Below, piece after piece: positions 51,622 to 62,602 of a stretch of 64,000 nt of DNA. The translations under genes and the position numbers were made by a program. The notes beneath the pieces were generated by a model that saw only the letters and a list, made by a program, of their open reading frames with translations, made no database searches and was not told the DNA's origin. The stretch's first letter is position 1. Each line of letters starts with the position of its first letter. Source of the DNA: an uncultured delta proteobacterium (GTDB taxonomy: Bacteria; Desulfobacterota; Desulfobacteria; Desulfobacterales; Desulfosalsimonadaceae); the NCBI GenBank assembly GCA_963826785.1, contig CAWGYD010000003.1:320001-384000 (forward strand), read 5' to 3'.

Positions 51622-51896
51622 TACGGATTCTCCTGCTGCTTCCGGATGCGTTTCACCGCTTCCTCGGCAGTCAACACCCTGCCCGCTTCAACCTGGTGCA
51701 TTCCCAGCGCGAGAATCTTCAAAAGCGCCATGGTCTGCTGCGTTTTCTCCCAGCTTTCGATATCCTGTATGACCACTTTGGCTTCGCCATTCTGGGTGAT
51801 GACCAGCGGTTCCTGCTGTTCGCCCAGGTTTCTGACGATTTCGGCGGCATGCGCTTTCAGGTAGCTGATCGGTTTGATCCGGCGGGACAACTTCAT
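51621..51896 (-). CDS. Phd/YefM family antitoxin
   Basis: IKPISYLKAHAAEI, PLVITQNGEAKVV. Confidence 0.9.
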   Translation of the reverse strand: MKLSRRIKPISYLKAHAAEIVRNLGEQQEPLVITQNGEAKVVIQDIESWEKTQQTMALLKILALGMHQVEAGRVLTAEEAVKRIRKQQENP

Positions 51897-51910
51897 GAGA
51901 AAACCTCCAA

Positions 51911-51958
51911 TCTTGAAATATGACCAAATTTAGACCATAAACGGGTCATATGTCAAGA
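51911..51958 (-). promoter_or_regulatory. Putative TA promoter with 15-bp inverted-repeat operator
   Basis: TCTTGAAATATGACC / GGTCATATGTCAAGA overlapping TTGACA-18-TAAATT. Confidence 0.65.
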
Positions 51959-51999
51959 CCGGCCCTGTGCGGAAGATGCCGCCGGCGGATCTGCCCGTC

Positions 52000-52380
52000 T
52001 TATTCCCCCGCCGGGAAGGCGATGGTGCTGATCAGGGCGTTTTCCGACTGGCGGGAATCCAGGCGGGTGTGCTGGACCACGATCTCCACATCCGATTCGA
52101 TGACGCTGGCGTAATTGGTCCCTTTGGGGACCGGTTCCGGGTCGGTCAGGTTGTTGAACCGGAAATGCTGCGTCCTCCGCGGACCGACGGTCAGGTGATA
52201 GGGGCCGGCCGGCTCCCGGTCCGAAAAGTAAATATGGATTTCAATGTGGGCTTCGCTGTCGCCGGCGTTTAAGATGCAGGCGGTCTCGTGGCTGGTGAAC
52301 TCCGGCTCCGGCCCGTTGCTCCACTCGGGGATGTACCCCTCGGCAATGGCCCACCGCTTGTGTCCGATCGGCTGGTTCAT
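52000..52380 (-). CDS. Anabaena sensory rhodopsin transducer (ASRT) family protein
   Basis: IGHKRWAIAEGYIP, SHETACILN, IVVQHTRLDSRQ. Confidence 0.88.
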   Translation of the reverse strand: MNQPIGHKRWAIAEGYIPEWSNGPEPEFTSHETACILNAGDSEAHIEIHIYFSDREPAGPYHLTVGPRRTQHFRFNNLTDPEPVPKGTNYASVIESDVEIVVQHTRLDSRQSENALISTIAFPAGE

Positions 52381-52430
52381 GACTTTATCCTTTGGTGGTT
52401 TCGTGTTGTTCTTTATTTTTTTAAATCACA

Positions 52431-55364
52431 TTATCTCCGCTGATCCATGTAGCGTCTCTCCGGATACGGGTCGTCGCCCGAATCCCCCTGCAGGGCCATC
52501 AACATCACCTGGGCCAGGTGCAGGGCTTCCCGGTCGGTTAAGCCGACGATCTGCTCCCGGCAGGAAAAGCCGTTGGCGATGATCAGGGTCTTTTTGTCGG
52601 CGTTGCGGACCGCCGGCAGCAGCACCCGCTCGCCGATGGCCCGGGAGATATCGTAATTGCCTTTCCGGAACCCGAACGCCCCGGAAACACCGCAGCACCC
52701 GGAATCGAGCATCTCGATAGTCCAGGCCCAGCCGGGACAGGACCTTTTCCTCGTCATCCATTTTCATGACGGCCTTGTGGGTGCAGTGGCCGTGGACCAG
52801 GGCCTTGCGGGACAGATTGGGCAGATCAAACCGGGCTTCCTGTCCGGCCGTGAATTCGCTCAGCAGAAACGACTGCTTCGACAGCCGCTGTGCGTCCTGG
52901 TCATGGGGAAACAGGTCCACCAGTTCATCCCGGAAGGTGGAAAGGCAGGCGGGCTCCAGGCCGATGACGGGGATGCCCTCCCGGATCAGGGACCGCAGGG
53001 TGTCCACCACCCGTAAAAGCAGCCGCCGGGCCAGGGACAGCATGCCGTAATCGAACAGGGGGCGGCCGCAGCAGAGGTTTTTCGGGGGGACCAGCACCCG
53101 GTATCCGGCCGATTCCAGGACCTCGACTGCGGCCCGGCCGATTTCCGGGTAATAGTAGTTGTTGAAGGTATCCGCCCACAGGATCACCCGGGGCCCTTCT
53201 GGATGGCGCACCGCACGCTTGGCGAACCAGTCCCGGAAGGTCTGGCGGGCAAAGGGGGGAAACGACCGCTTTGTTGAAATGCCGGCCGCCTGCTTGATCC
53301 AGGTCGCCATGGGCGGGGTCTGCATGAAAAAATTGGCCAGGCGCGGCACATGGGAGGCCATGCGCGACCACCAGAAGATCAGGCCCATGGCGTAGGCGTC
53401 TCTCGGCCGCAGCCGCCGCCGGTAATAATGGTGCAGGAACTCGGCCTTGTACCGGGCGATGTCCACGTTGACCGGGCACTCCCCCTTGCAGCTCTTGCAG
53501 GACAGGCACAGGTCGAGCGCCTCCTTGACGTGCACTTCCTTCCATCCGCCGGTGAGTTCATTTCCCCGGAAGAGTTCGAAGAGCATATGCGCGCGCCCCC
53601 GGGTGGAGTGCAGTTCCTCCCGGGTGGCCATGTAGCTGGGGCACATGGTGCCCGACATCTCCCCCCGGCACTTGCCCACCCCCACGCAGCGCTGGACCGC
53701 ATAGGGAAAGCTCCCCTTGTCTTCCATGAAGTGAAACACGGTTTTCGGGCTGACCGGGCTGTAGTCGGTCCCCAGCCGCAGATTTGCGGTGATGGGGTCG
53801 GCATCGATGACCTTGCCCGGATTCATTTTCCAGTCCGGGTCCCAGATGGTCTTGAATTCGCGGAAAGCCTGCATCAAATCTTCGCCGAACATTTTGGACA
53901 GCAGTTCCCCCCGGGCCTGGCCGTCGCCGTGCTCGCCGGAAAACGACCCGCCGTATTTCATTACCAGGTCGGCCGCTTCATGGGCAAATGCATGATAGTG
54001 ATCGATTCCTTTCCGGGTGGAAAGATCGAAATTAATGCGGGTATGGACGCAGGCCTGGCCGAAATGGCCGTACAGGGCCGCATGGTAGTCGTACTTTTCA
54101 AACAGGCCCCGCAGGTCCCGCAGGTAGTCCCCCAGTTTTTCGGGCGGAACGGCCGAATCCTCCCATCCGGGCCAGGTATCGTCCGCCCCGGGCACCCGGG
54201 CGGTGGCCCCCAGGCCCGACTCCCGGATCTCCCAGACCCGCTTCTCCTGTTTGGGATTGTCATAGAGCTTCATGGAAGGGGGATTTTTCAAATTTTCCAG
54301 GGAACCCATCATCTCCCGGGCGTTCTGGTCGGCTGCTTTCCGATCTTTACCCCCGAATTCCACCAGCAGCCACCCGCCCCCTTCGGGGAGCAGGTCCAGG
54401 TCTTCCACGTGCAGCTCTTTTTTCCGGATGTCATCCACCAGCTGAGCGTCGAATCCTTCCAGGCCCACGGGCGAATATTTCAGAATGTCGGTGACATGGT
54501 CGCCGGCGGCATAGACGTCCGGGTATCCCAGGACCACGGTGACCCGGGCCGGGGGGCTGTGGATCAGGCGCACCTTTGCCGAAAGGACGGTGGCGCAGGT
54601 CCCCTCCGAACCCACCAGGGCCCGGGCCACGTGAAACCCCTTTTCCGGCAGAAGTTCATCCAGGTTGTACCCGGACACCCGGCGGGGGATGTCGGGATAG
54701 CGCTTTCGGATCTGGTCCGCATACCGGTCCCGCAGGTCTTTTAACCGGGTGTAGATCTCGGCCCGGCGGCCGCCCTCGTCGATGATCCGCGTAAATTCAC
54801 CGTCGCCGGTCGCCCCCACCCGCATGCGCAGCCCTTCATAGGTGAGAATCTCCAGGGCCTCGATGTTGTCCACGGTGCGGCCGGCCATGACCGAATGAAC
54901 CCCGCAGGAGTTGTTGCCGATCATGCCGCCTAAAGTATTGTGGGAATGGGTGGCCGGGTCCGGCCCGAAGGTGAGGTGGTGGGCTTCGGCTGCATTTCTC
55001 AGCTGGTCCAGGATGACCCCCGGCTGCACCCAGGCGTACTTTTCCCCGGGATTTAGTTCGACGATCTCCCGCAGGTACTTGGACATGTCCAGGACCACGG
55101 CCACGTTGCAGCACTGGCCGGCCAGGCTGGTGCCGCCCCCCCGGGGAAGCACCGGCGCGCCGAACCGGCGGCAGACCGCCACGCGGCTTCCACGTCCGCT
55201 TCTGTTTTCGGGATCACCACCCCGATGGGCACCTGGCGGTAATTGGAGCCGTCGGTGGCATACAGCGCCCGGCTGCCGGCATCGAACCGGACCTCCCCCT
55301 CGATGCGGGCCTTGAGTTCAGCGGCCAGGGCATCGGTTTCGCCGGGTTCTTCCCGGTCATTCAT
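52431..55364 (-). CDS. FAD-linked oxidase with Fe-S/CCG domains (YdiJ-like), frameshifts near 55184 and 52716
   Basis: LYATDGSNY, RGGGTSLAGQ, GMIGNNSCG, SGEHGDG, CVGVGKC, CLSCKSC, CCG, GFSCREQ. Confidence 0.88.
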
Positions 55365-55537
55365 CCAGTTGCGAAAGAAATCAAAAGCCACAAATTGACT
55401 CCCATATTGGATCATATTAGTTCGAACGGCCGCCCCTTTAATTCCTCTTTCGAGAGGTGCAGCGGCTTCGAGGAGGTTAACTCGGCAAATGATTTTAAAA
55501 TTTAAAATAACTGTATTCTTTTGTTTCCGCCGGGTCC

Positions 55538-55740
55538 GACACCCCCCTTCGCCCCCCTCAAGGGGGGAATTGATTGTGATTTCAAAGTCTAATTCCCCAT
55601 CAGGATGGGAATTTGAGCGTAATTTCAAGGTCTAATCCCTCTTTGAGGTGGGAATCAAAGATCCCTTCCGTTTCTCTCAAGGGGGAGGGTATTGACCATT
55701 TTTTCTTAATTCCCCCCTTGAGGGGGGCCAGGGGGGTGTC
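55538..55740. repeat. REP-like inverted doublet
   Basis: Forward copy at 55538, reverse at 55709-55740. Confidence 0.82.
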
Positions 55741-55807
55741 CCGACGGTGGCCGTTATGATTCGCAAATTCCTTCCTGCAAAAACATCGTGCGGCGGAATG
55801 AAGAGCC

Positions 55808-56872
55808 TTACATTTCTCCCAACAGCTTTTCTATGGCCGACATCACCTGATCGGTCCCTATCGCTTCGATACACCCGTCTTTTTCCTTCAGGCAGCGGCC
55901 CTGCACAATGCAGTCCGAGGGCCCGAAGGCTTCCGTCTTCCGGTATTCGCAGGTGTCTTTTCCGGCCATTGCAGCGGCTCGCGGACCCGGCGGCAGGTAC
56001 AGCGCCGGGGAAGTGGGGCCGAATACCGCGGCCACGGCAGTTCCGGCGGCAGCGGCCATGTGCATCAGGCCGGTGTCATTGCAGACGAACAGTTCCATGC
56101 GGGCAAGCAGGGCCGCCACCCGCTGCAGGTGAAGCGCCCCCACGGCGACCACCCGATCCCTGCGGCCGATGGCTTCAAGCAGCTGCCCCCCCGCATCTTC
56201 CCCGGGGCCGCAGAACACCAGGAGATGAAAATCATGATCGTTCACCAGGCGCCCGGCGATCTCGGCAAGGCGGCCCTGGGGCCACTGCTTCAAAGCCGAA
56301 GAAGCCACCGGCGAGATGGCGGCCAGGCGATGGGCGCTCAGATCATACCGGTTCAAAAACATCTGCGCAAAAATCCGGTCTTTCCTGGAGATATGCAGAG
56401 CAGGAATCCGATCGGCGGGCACATCCATGCCCCAGCCGTCCCGGATGGAGCACCGGATGGCCTCCGGCCCGTTCTGACCGGGGCGGCAGAACGGCGTGGG
56501 CGAGTCGAAGATGGTTTTCTTTGTCTTCCAGATGGCTTCACGCACGGCGATTACCGCATGGGAGGGATCGAGAATCAGGTCAAAGTCCTTTTCCGCAAGC
56601 CATTTTTGAAGTTTTTCGTCGATTTGGGGGGTGCCGCCATCCCCCCAGTGCCCCAGCCCCCAATCCTGGACCGTGAATATTGCATCCAGGCGGGGATCGT
56701 TTTCCAGCAGTTCAACGGCCGGGCCTGCGCCCAGCCCGGAAATGAAGGCATCGGGAAGGGTGCGGCGAAGGGTTTCGAGCACCGGCATTTCCATGACCAC
56801 ATCGCCGATGCCGTAGCGCAGGCACATAAGTACCCGTTTGGCGGCTGGAAGCGTCATGGCCGGAGGGCTCAT
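55808..56872 (-). CDS. Glycosyltransferase family 9 protein
   Basis: GIGDVV, KQWP, NDTGLMHMAAA, FGPT. Confidence 0.9.
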   Translation of the reverse strand: MSPPAMTLPAAKRVLMCLRYGIGDVVMEMPVLETLRRTLPDAFISGLGAGPAVELLENDPRLDAIFTVQDWGLGHWGDGGTPQIDEKLQKWLAEKDFDLILDPSHAVIAVREAIWKTKKTIFDSPTPFCRPGQNGPEAIRCSIRDGWGMDVPADRIPALHISRKDRIFAQMFLNRYDLSAHRLAAISPVASSALKQWPQGRLAEIAGRLVNDHDFHLLVFCGPGEDAGGQLLEAIGRRDRVVAVGALHLQRVAALLARMELFVCNDTGLMHMAAAAGTAVAAVFGPTSPALYLPPGPRAAAMAGKDTCEYRKTEAFGPSDCIVQGRCLKEKDGCIEAIGTDQVMSAIEKLLGEM

Positions 56873-57723
56873 GAGACCGGTTTCTGGCCGGTGGCGGCCC
56901 GGAATTCTTCGGCATTCCAGGTGGTCACGCAGGAAGGGGCTTCCGGGTCGGGCGCACACAGATAGACTTCCGTCCCCGGCCGGGATATGACCTTCATTCC
57001 GCTGGAGCGAAGCATCGCCTCCACCGCCGCATGGTTGGCCGCCCACCAGTTGGTGGGGTCGTTTGAAAACCGGTACTCGATAAACGCCATCTTGGGCCAG
57101 CCTTCCTCGAGGAAGACCTTGCGCTCGCCGATCTCGTGATCGCCGATATCCGGATACACCGCTTCTCCCGGCATGGTCAGGGTCTGGAACACCATCAGGC
57201 GCCTGACCCTGCGCGAGACGATGTCCAGCCCCAGAAGCGGGTACCGCAGGTGGTAGAACACCCCCAGAAACAGGACCAGGTCATATGTTTGGTCATGGTT
57301 TGCCAGATCATAGACCTGCATCTTCTCAAAGCGCACCCGCCCCGCAAGGCCGTATTTTTCGGCAGCCCACCGGGCCTGGGTCAGGTAATGCGCGTTGGCG
57401 TCGATGCCGGTGACGGCGGCGCCCCGGCGGGCCAGTTCAAAACTGTAGAAGCCCGCGTTGCAGCCGATATCCAGAACCGACCACCCGGTCAGATTCCGGG
57501 GCAGCGCGTCGGCGAGTTCCTGCCACTTATAAGCCGGAAAATCCCCCAGGAAATGATCCGGCGCCGTCTGTATCCCGCCGGGAAGATGCAGGTTGTGAAA
57601 CCATGGGGACAGGGATGCGATTTCATCGAGAAGATCCGGCGAACAGGCCTTGTGCGCACTGCCGCCGGAATGCGGTGCCGTCGGCGGGGTCAAATTTTCA
57701 GACATATCCCCAAAGGCAGCCAT
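56869..57723 (-). CDS. SAM-dependent methyltransferase, TIGR04290-like
   Basis: PWFHNL, VLDIGCNAGFYS, GVFYHLRYP, DPTNWW. Confidence 0.88.
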   Translation of the reverse strand: MAAFGDMSENLTPPTAPHSGGSAHKACSPDLLDEIASLSPWFHNLHLPGGIQTAPDHFLGDFPAYKWQELADALPRNLTGWSVLDIGCNAGFYSFELARRGAAVTGIDANAHYLTQARWAAEKYGLAGRVRFEKMQVYDLANHDQTYDLVLFLGVFYHLRYPLLGLDIVSRRVRRLMVFQTLTMPGEAVYPDIGDHEIGERKVFLEEGWPKMAFIEYRFSNDPTNWWAANHAAVEAMLRSSGMKVISRPGTEVYLCAPDPEAPSCVTTWNAEEFRAATGQKPVS

Positions 57724-57725
57724 CT

Positions 57726-58808
57726 TCAGTTCATCTTCCGGGCGGCGGCTTCAAACACATGGTTTTCCAACTCCCGGGCCCGATGGGTTGCCGTGTGGGC
57801 ATCCATGACCTTCTCCCGGGCCCTTTCGGCCATTTTCCGGCATTCCGACCGGGTCAGGTTCCGCAGATAGAAAAGCGTTTCCTCGGCGGATTTGCTGATC
57901 AGGATTTCCTCATCCGGGGTAAAGAAGGCATCCAGGCCCGGCCAGTGATCACTGATGATGGGGGTGCCACAGGCCGCGGCCTCGAACAGCCGCACACTGG
58001 GGGACCAGCCGCTCTCGATCATGTCTTCGCGGGTCACATTCAAGGTGAACCGCTGGGAGTTGTAGAACCCGCAGTGGTCCTTGGGGGACAGGTGATGAAT
58101 GTGCAGCGTATTTTCAGGCCATGAAATGGAATCGGGAAACTGTGATCCGGCCACGATGAATTTTCCCTCCCGCCATTGCCGGGCCGGCTCCAGCATCAGT
58201 TTCTCCAGGGGCGGCTGACGGTCCTCGCTGTATGTCCCCATGTATCCCAGGTCATAGGAGGGCAGAACATTCTGGGGATGATAATCCCGCGTGTCCGCAC
58301 AGCAGTAAAGGGCGCGGGCCGCAGGCGATCCGTAGGTCTTCTCCAGCAGGTCCAGCGTGGGGCCGCCGGTGAACGAAAAATAAAGATGAAACCGCGGAAT
58401 CAGGTCCGGCTTCAGGTATTCATGATCACCGCGCTTCAGCTTGGCCAGCGTCACCGGGGTGTCGATATCGTAAAATGCGGTGATGCCCCCGGCTTCTTCC
58501 AGCACCCATTCACACACGGCCACCCCTTCGGGAACATAGGAGCCGACGATGACCAGGTCGGCTTCCTTAACGGCGATGGCATATTTATTCTTCAGTTCGG
58601 CCAGGTCGTTGTACAATCCGATGCGCACCCAGTCCGCATAGGGCATATCCCGGGCGCCCGCATACCAGGGGACGTTTCGCTCCAGAAACAAAACGCGATG
58701 GCCCAGCGCCGCGATTTCCCGCACCAGGCCCCGATATGTGACCGCATGGCCGTTTCCCCAGGAAGAGGTAATGGATAACCCCAGTATGACGACGTTCAGG
58801 TTTGTCAT
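57726..58808 (-). CDS. CgeB-family glycosyltransferase
   Basis: SITSSWGNGHA, YDIDTP, SPSVRLFEAAACG. Confidence 0.88.
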   Translation of the reverse strand: MTNLNVVILGLSITSSWGNGHAVTYRGLVREIAALGHRVLFLERNVPWYAGARDMPYADWVRIGLYNDLAELKNKYAIAVKEADLVIVGSYVPEGVAVCEWVLEEAGGITAFYDIDTPVTLAKLKRGDHEYLKPDLIPRFHLYFSFTGGPTLDLLEKTYGSPAARALYCCADTRDYHPQNVLPSYDLGYMGTYSEDRQPPLEKLMLEPARQWREGKFIVAGSQFPDSISWPENTLHIHHLSPKDHCGFYNSQRFTLNVTREDMIESGWSPSVRLFEAAACGTPIISDHWPGLDAFFTPDEEILISKSAEETLFYLRNLTRSECRKMAERAREKVMDAHTATHRARELENHVFEAAARKMN

Positions 58809-58824
58809 TTTCAATCCTTCCCGT

Positions 58825-59913
58825 TCAAATATCCAGATCTTGAAAAATTTCCTCCAATTGCCGGCCCCGGTGGGCATAGGTGTGCTCCCCCAGCACCCGC
58901 GCCATGGCCGCGGACCCGATCTTCCGGGAGCGCTCGCGGGTGAGGTCGAAGAGAAGGTCTTTAACCTCTTCGCCGCTTTTTGCCACCAGGCATTCCTTCC
59001 CGGGCTCCAGGAACAGCTCGATCCCCTCCCAGGCATCGGTGATGATACAGGCCCCGGCCCCGGCCGCCTCAAACACCCGTGTGGGCGGCGAAAACCCGAA
59101 CCGGGCCATGCCGTCTCGGTTGATGTTCAACACCGCCATGGGGGTGCAGTTGAAGGCATTGTGATCGGCCGTGTAGACATGGCCGAGGTAATTGAGATTG
59201 GCCAGATCCGGGATGTTTCTGTCCCAGCCGCTGCCGCCCAGGATGAACCGGTGAGCGGGCATGCTTTTTGCCGGTGTGAAGAAAAAATCCCACACCCGCG
59301 CTTCCCGGTCCGGCATGCGGTTGCCCAGAAAAGCCAGGCTTCCGTCAAAGCGCACGTCCGATTCGACCCGGTAATGGGTGTCTTCATCCAGGGCATTGTA
59401 GACGGGAATGCACGCTTTTGCCGAAAATTTCATATAGGCGTTCACCACGGGATCACCGCCGCCATAGGTCAGGATGAGGTCGTATCGGGGGATGCACCGG
59501 CGAAACGGGTCATCGGGGTTTTGTGCAATCCGCTCCAGGGTCGCCGGGGCATCCACATCCCAGAACAGCACCCGGCGGCCCGGGCTCTGAAGATCGAGCA
59601 CCGCCGATTCCAGGTATTCATCAAATACCCCCACCCCGCTGGCCTTGATGATGATGTCCGCACCCTCCGCTTCTTCCAGGGCGGCGTTTACCCCCGCCTC
59701 ATCTGCGGGATAGACCACGCTCTTTGCATACGGGGGATCGTCGATGTCCCGGTGCTTCTGCCGGTCATAGGCATCCGGCTCGTAAAAGGTCACCCGGTGG
59801 CCCTGGCCGGCCAGCGCCCGGATGATTCCCCGGTAATAGGTGGCCGCACCGTTCCAGTAGGCGGACACCAGGCTCGATCCGAAAAAGGCGATATCGAAGG
59901 TACGCTTGGTCAT
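58825..59913 (-). CDS. CgeB-family glycosyltransferase
   Basis: SLVSAYWNGAATYYRG, WDVDAP, SPPTRVFEAAGAG. Confidence 0.88.
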   Translation of the reverse strand: MTKRTFDIAFFGSSLVSAYWNGAATYYRGIIRALAGQGHRVTFYEPDAYDRQKHRDIDDPPYAKSVVYPADEAGVNAALEEAEGADIIIKASGVGVFDEYLESAVLDLQSPGRRVLFWDVDAPATLERIAQNPDDPFRRCIPRYDLILTYGGGDPVVNAYMKFSAKACIPVYNALDEDTHYRVESDVRFDGSLAFLGNRMPDREARVWDFFFTPAKSMPAHRFILGGSGWDRNIPDLANLNYLGHVYTADHNAFNCTPMAVLNINRDGMARFGFSPPTRVFEAAGAGACIITDAWEGIELFLEPGKECLVAKSGEEVKDLLFDLTRERSRKIGSAAMARVLGEHTYAHRGRQLEEIFQDLDI

Positions 59914-59928
59914 TCTCAATTTTCCTTT

Positions 59929-61086
59929 TCAATCCAGCCGTGCTGAAAACACATGGCCGGAGGCCGCTTCATCGGGCACCGGGCATCCTTTCATCCCTGT
60001 TTCCGCGCAGATATTCATCAGTTCATCCACCCGATGGGCGCAGGTGTGGCGCGAAAGGATAGTCCGGCGGCCGTGCGCCGCCAGCGCGCCCGCCCGATCC
60101 GGATCGGAAAGAAGCGTTCGCATGTGCTTTTTCATTTCCCAGCCGTTTCTTGCCACCAGGTAATCGGATCCGGGCGTGAACAGGTGCTCGCTGTCCTCCC
60201 AGTTGGCGCAGATCAGGGGAATTCCGCAGGCCAGCGCCTCAAAGGGCCGGATGGTGGGGATCCCCTTGAGCATGTGGACATAAGGCTGACGGGGAATGTG
60301 CAGGGTGAACAAAAATTTCGCAAACACGGCCGGAACCTTGTGATTGGCCAGCCAGCCGCCGTATTCGATGTGGTTTTCCGCCAGCATCCGCAGCCCCTGG
60401 GGCGGATACTGGACCCCGTAGGCTTTTGCCTTAAGGCCAAGCGCATGTGCCGGTTCCAGCAGAAATTCGATGTAGGCCCCGGTCCGCTCCTCGTCCCCCC
60501 AGTTTCCGATCCAGACCAGGTCGCCTTCCGGCGGCCGCCTTTGCCGGGGAAGCGGGCGAAAAATCCGGGTGTCCGCCGCCTCGTGCCAGGTCCATGCCTG
60601 CCGGCTCCAGCCGTTTTTCTCGTATATCTCGCGGATGGCCTCTCCGTAGGCCAGCACCCCGTCATAGGCGGAAAGATCGTAGGCGCGCATGTTGCCGGGT
60701 TCACTGATCACCCGGTGGTGGGTGTCATGAAAAAAAAGCCGGTAATGGGAGTGGCGCGACCGGTGCGCGCCGATGGCCGCCACCAGTTCATGGGTGTTCC
60801 ATTCGTGCACCAGCACCAGGTCGACGTCATCAAGTTCAGACTCCAGGTCCAGGCTCTCCTGCCGGTAAAACCGGCTGATCAGCCGGGGGAAGGTCAGATG
60901 AAAATCCATGATGGGCGTCTGGCCGTGCCCGGCGGTGAGATTTTTTAAACTCCAGCCGTTTTCCGGTTCATAGATACGCACCTCATGGCCCCGGTCCTGG
61001 AGTTCGGCGGCGATCCCCCTTAAGAAATGGGCGTTTCCGTGATTCCAGTCGGATACCAGGGAATGATAGAACATCGCGATCTTCAT
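59929..61086 (-). CDS. CgeB-family glycosyltransferase
   Basis: HSLVSDWNHGNAHFLRG, HDTHHR, PTIRPFEALACG. Confidence 0.88.
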   Translation of the reverse strand: MKIAMFYHSLVSDWNHGNAHFLRGIAAELQDRGHEVRIYEPENGWSLKNLTAGHGQTPIMDFHLTFPRLISRFYRQESLDLESELDDVDLVLVHEWNTHELVAAIGAHRSRHSHYRLFFHDTHHRVISEPGNMRAYDLSAYDGVLAYGEAIREIYEKNGWSRQAWTWHEAADTRIFRPLPRQRRPPEGDLVWIGNWGDEERTGAYIEFLLEPAHALGLKAKAYGVQYPPQGLRMLAENHIEYGGWLANHKVPAVFAKFLFTLHIPRQPYVHMLKGIPTIRPFEALACGIPLICANWEDSEHLFTPGSDYLVARNGWEMKKHMRTLLSDPDRAGALAAHGRRTILSRHTCAHRVDELMNICAETGMKGCPVPDEAASGHVFSARLD

Positions 61087-62287
61087 CGATAAAGCACCCT
61101 TTCCCCCATGGCCTGCTGTCCGGCTCTGACCGGGGCCGTCTTGCGGACCGGTGCCCGGCGGCACCGGCGCATGCCGGCATAGAGCCGCAAATAGGCGTCA
61201 ACGGTCCGGCTCGGAGCGAACTGGAGGGCACGGCTGCGGGCCCGATGGGCAAAGCGTTTGAGCATCATCGGGTCGCCGATCAGCCGGTTGATCGCGGTGA
61301 TCAGCTCCTCCTCTTTTTCCGGATGGACGTAGAAGGCGGCGTCCTCCCAGACTTCCCGCAAACTGGGGATGTCGCCCAATACCAGGGCGCAGCCGGCCAG
61401 TCCGGCCTCCAGGGCCGACAGGCCGAAAGGCTCATACCGGGCCGGGAGGGCAAAAATGGATGCCCGCTTCAGGCAGTCCGCCATTTCGGTGCGATTCAAC
61501 CGCCCCAGGTGCTTGGCCTGCTGAAATGACGTGGACGAGCCATCCGGATGGCTGCACGCCCCGGCCATCTCCACCGGCCAGGAAAGCCGGTGCGCGGCCT
61601 TTTCCAGGAGTGCCGCGTTTTTGCCCTCATCCCACAGCCTTCCGGCGGTCATCACCAGGGGCGCTTTCTTCCCGGGGGGAAATTCCGACGGGGCGCGGCA
61701 GTTAAAGATGGGATGGGCGGCATTGAATTGGCCGTAATGAAACTGGAGGCTCTCCAGCATGGCGCGTGTCGGTGCGGTCACCCGGTCCGCCCCGCGCAGT
61801 CCCCGCCTCACGGCCTTGAGGTAAGTCTTCCATTTTTCCGGGGGAGCGCAGCCGTGCACCGCGGCATACCAGGAATAGACGCAGGAATGCCCGACGATGA
61901 GCACCGGCGCATGAAAGGAGAGATGGCCATGGGCGAAATGATTGAGATGGACGATGTCCGGCCGGACTTCCGATTCCAGTCCCAGCAGCCAGTACCCCGC
62001 AGCCCGTACATCCTGCCAGGGGTCCTCCATCCATTCCAGGGCGAAGGCGCTTTCATACACCTCCACCCGCGGATGGCGGCCACTTCTGCTCGCTGTTGGG
62101 TGCTCATGGGCTGTCCCAGGGTGGCGAGCACCACCTCGATGCCGCGCTCCGAAAGCCCCCGGATCAGTTCGACCGCATAGGAGAAGACGCCGCCGATGGT
62201 ATCGGAAGTCATCAGTATCCTGTGGATACCCGATTTAAAAGCCCCTGCCGGCGGCCGGGTTCGGATCATACCGGTATTTATCTTCAT
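61083..62287 (-). CDS. Glycosyltransferase family 4 protein, -1 frameshift near 62066
   Basis: ILMTSDTIGGVFSY, AGRLWDEGKN, YEPFGLSALEA. Confidence 0.85.
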
Positions 62288-62290
62288 GGG

Positions 62291-62578
62291 TCAGTGCCTG
62301 CTGACGAATTTAAAGAAACGGCTCTGCTTGCCCTCCTTCGTCTCGTCCTGATGGAGGAAGGCCACACCGGATTCATCGAATTTCTTAAAGAATTCTTCCC
62401 AGGAAATCTTCTGAAGGTCTTCATCCGTGCTGTAATCCGGGAAATGGATGCGCAGCAGGCCCGCATGCTCTCCCGACTGCTCGGTGCCCTTCACGCTGGC
62501 CGGGACGCCGTTTCGCGATTCGACCCATTTCTTGATGGTGTCATGATCGATTGTGGTATTGGATTCTGCTTCTTTCAT
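62291..62578 (-). CDS. Small acidic conserved-looking hypothetical protein
   Basis: TTIDHDTIKKW...LRIHFP...ISWEEFFKKF...SRFFKFVSR; RBS GGAG. Confidence 0.78.
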   Translation of the reverse strand: MKEAESNTTIDHDTIKKWVESRNGVPASVKGTEQSGEHAGLLRIHFPDYSTDEDLQKISWEEFFKKFDESGVAFLHQDETKEGKQSRFFKFVSRH

Positions 62579-62602
62579 GGGTTTTCTCCAGATGAGTTGA
62601 TG

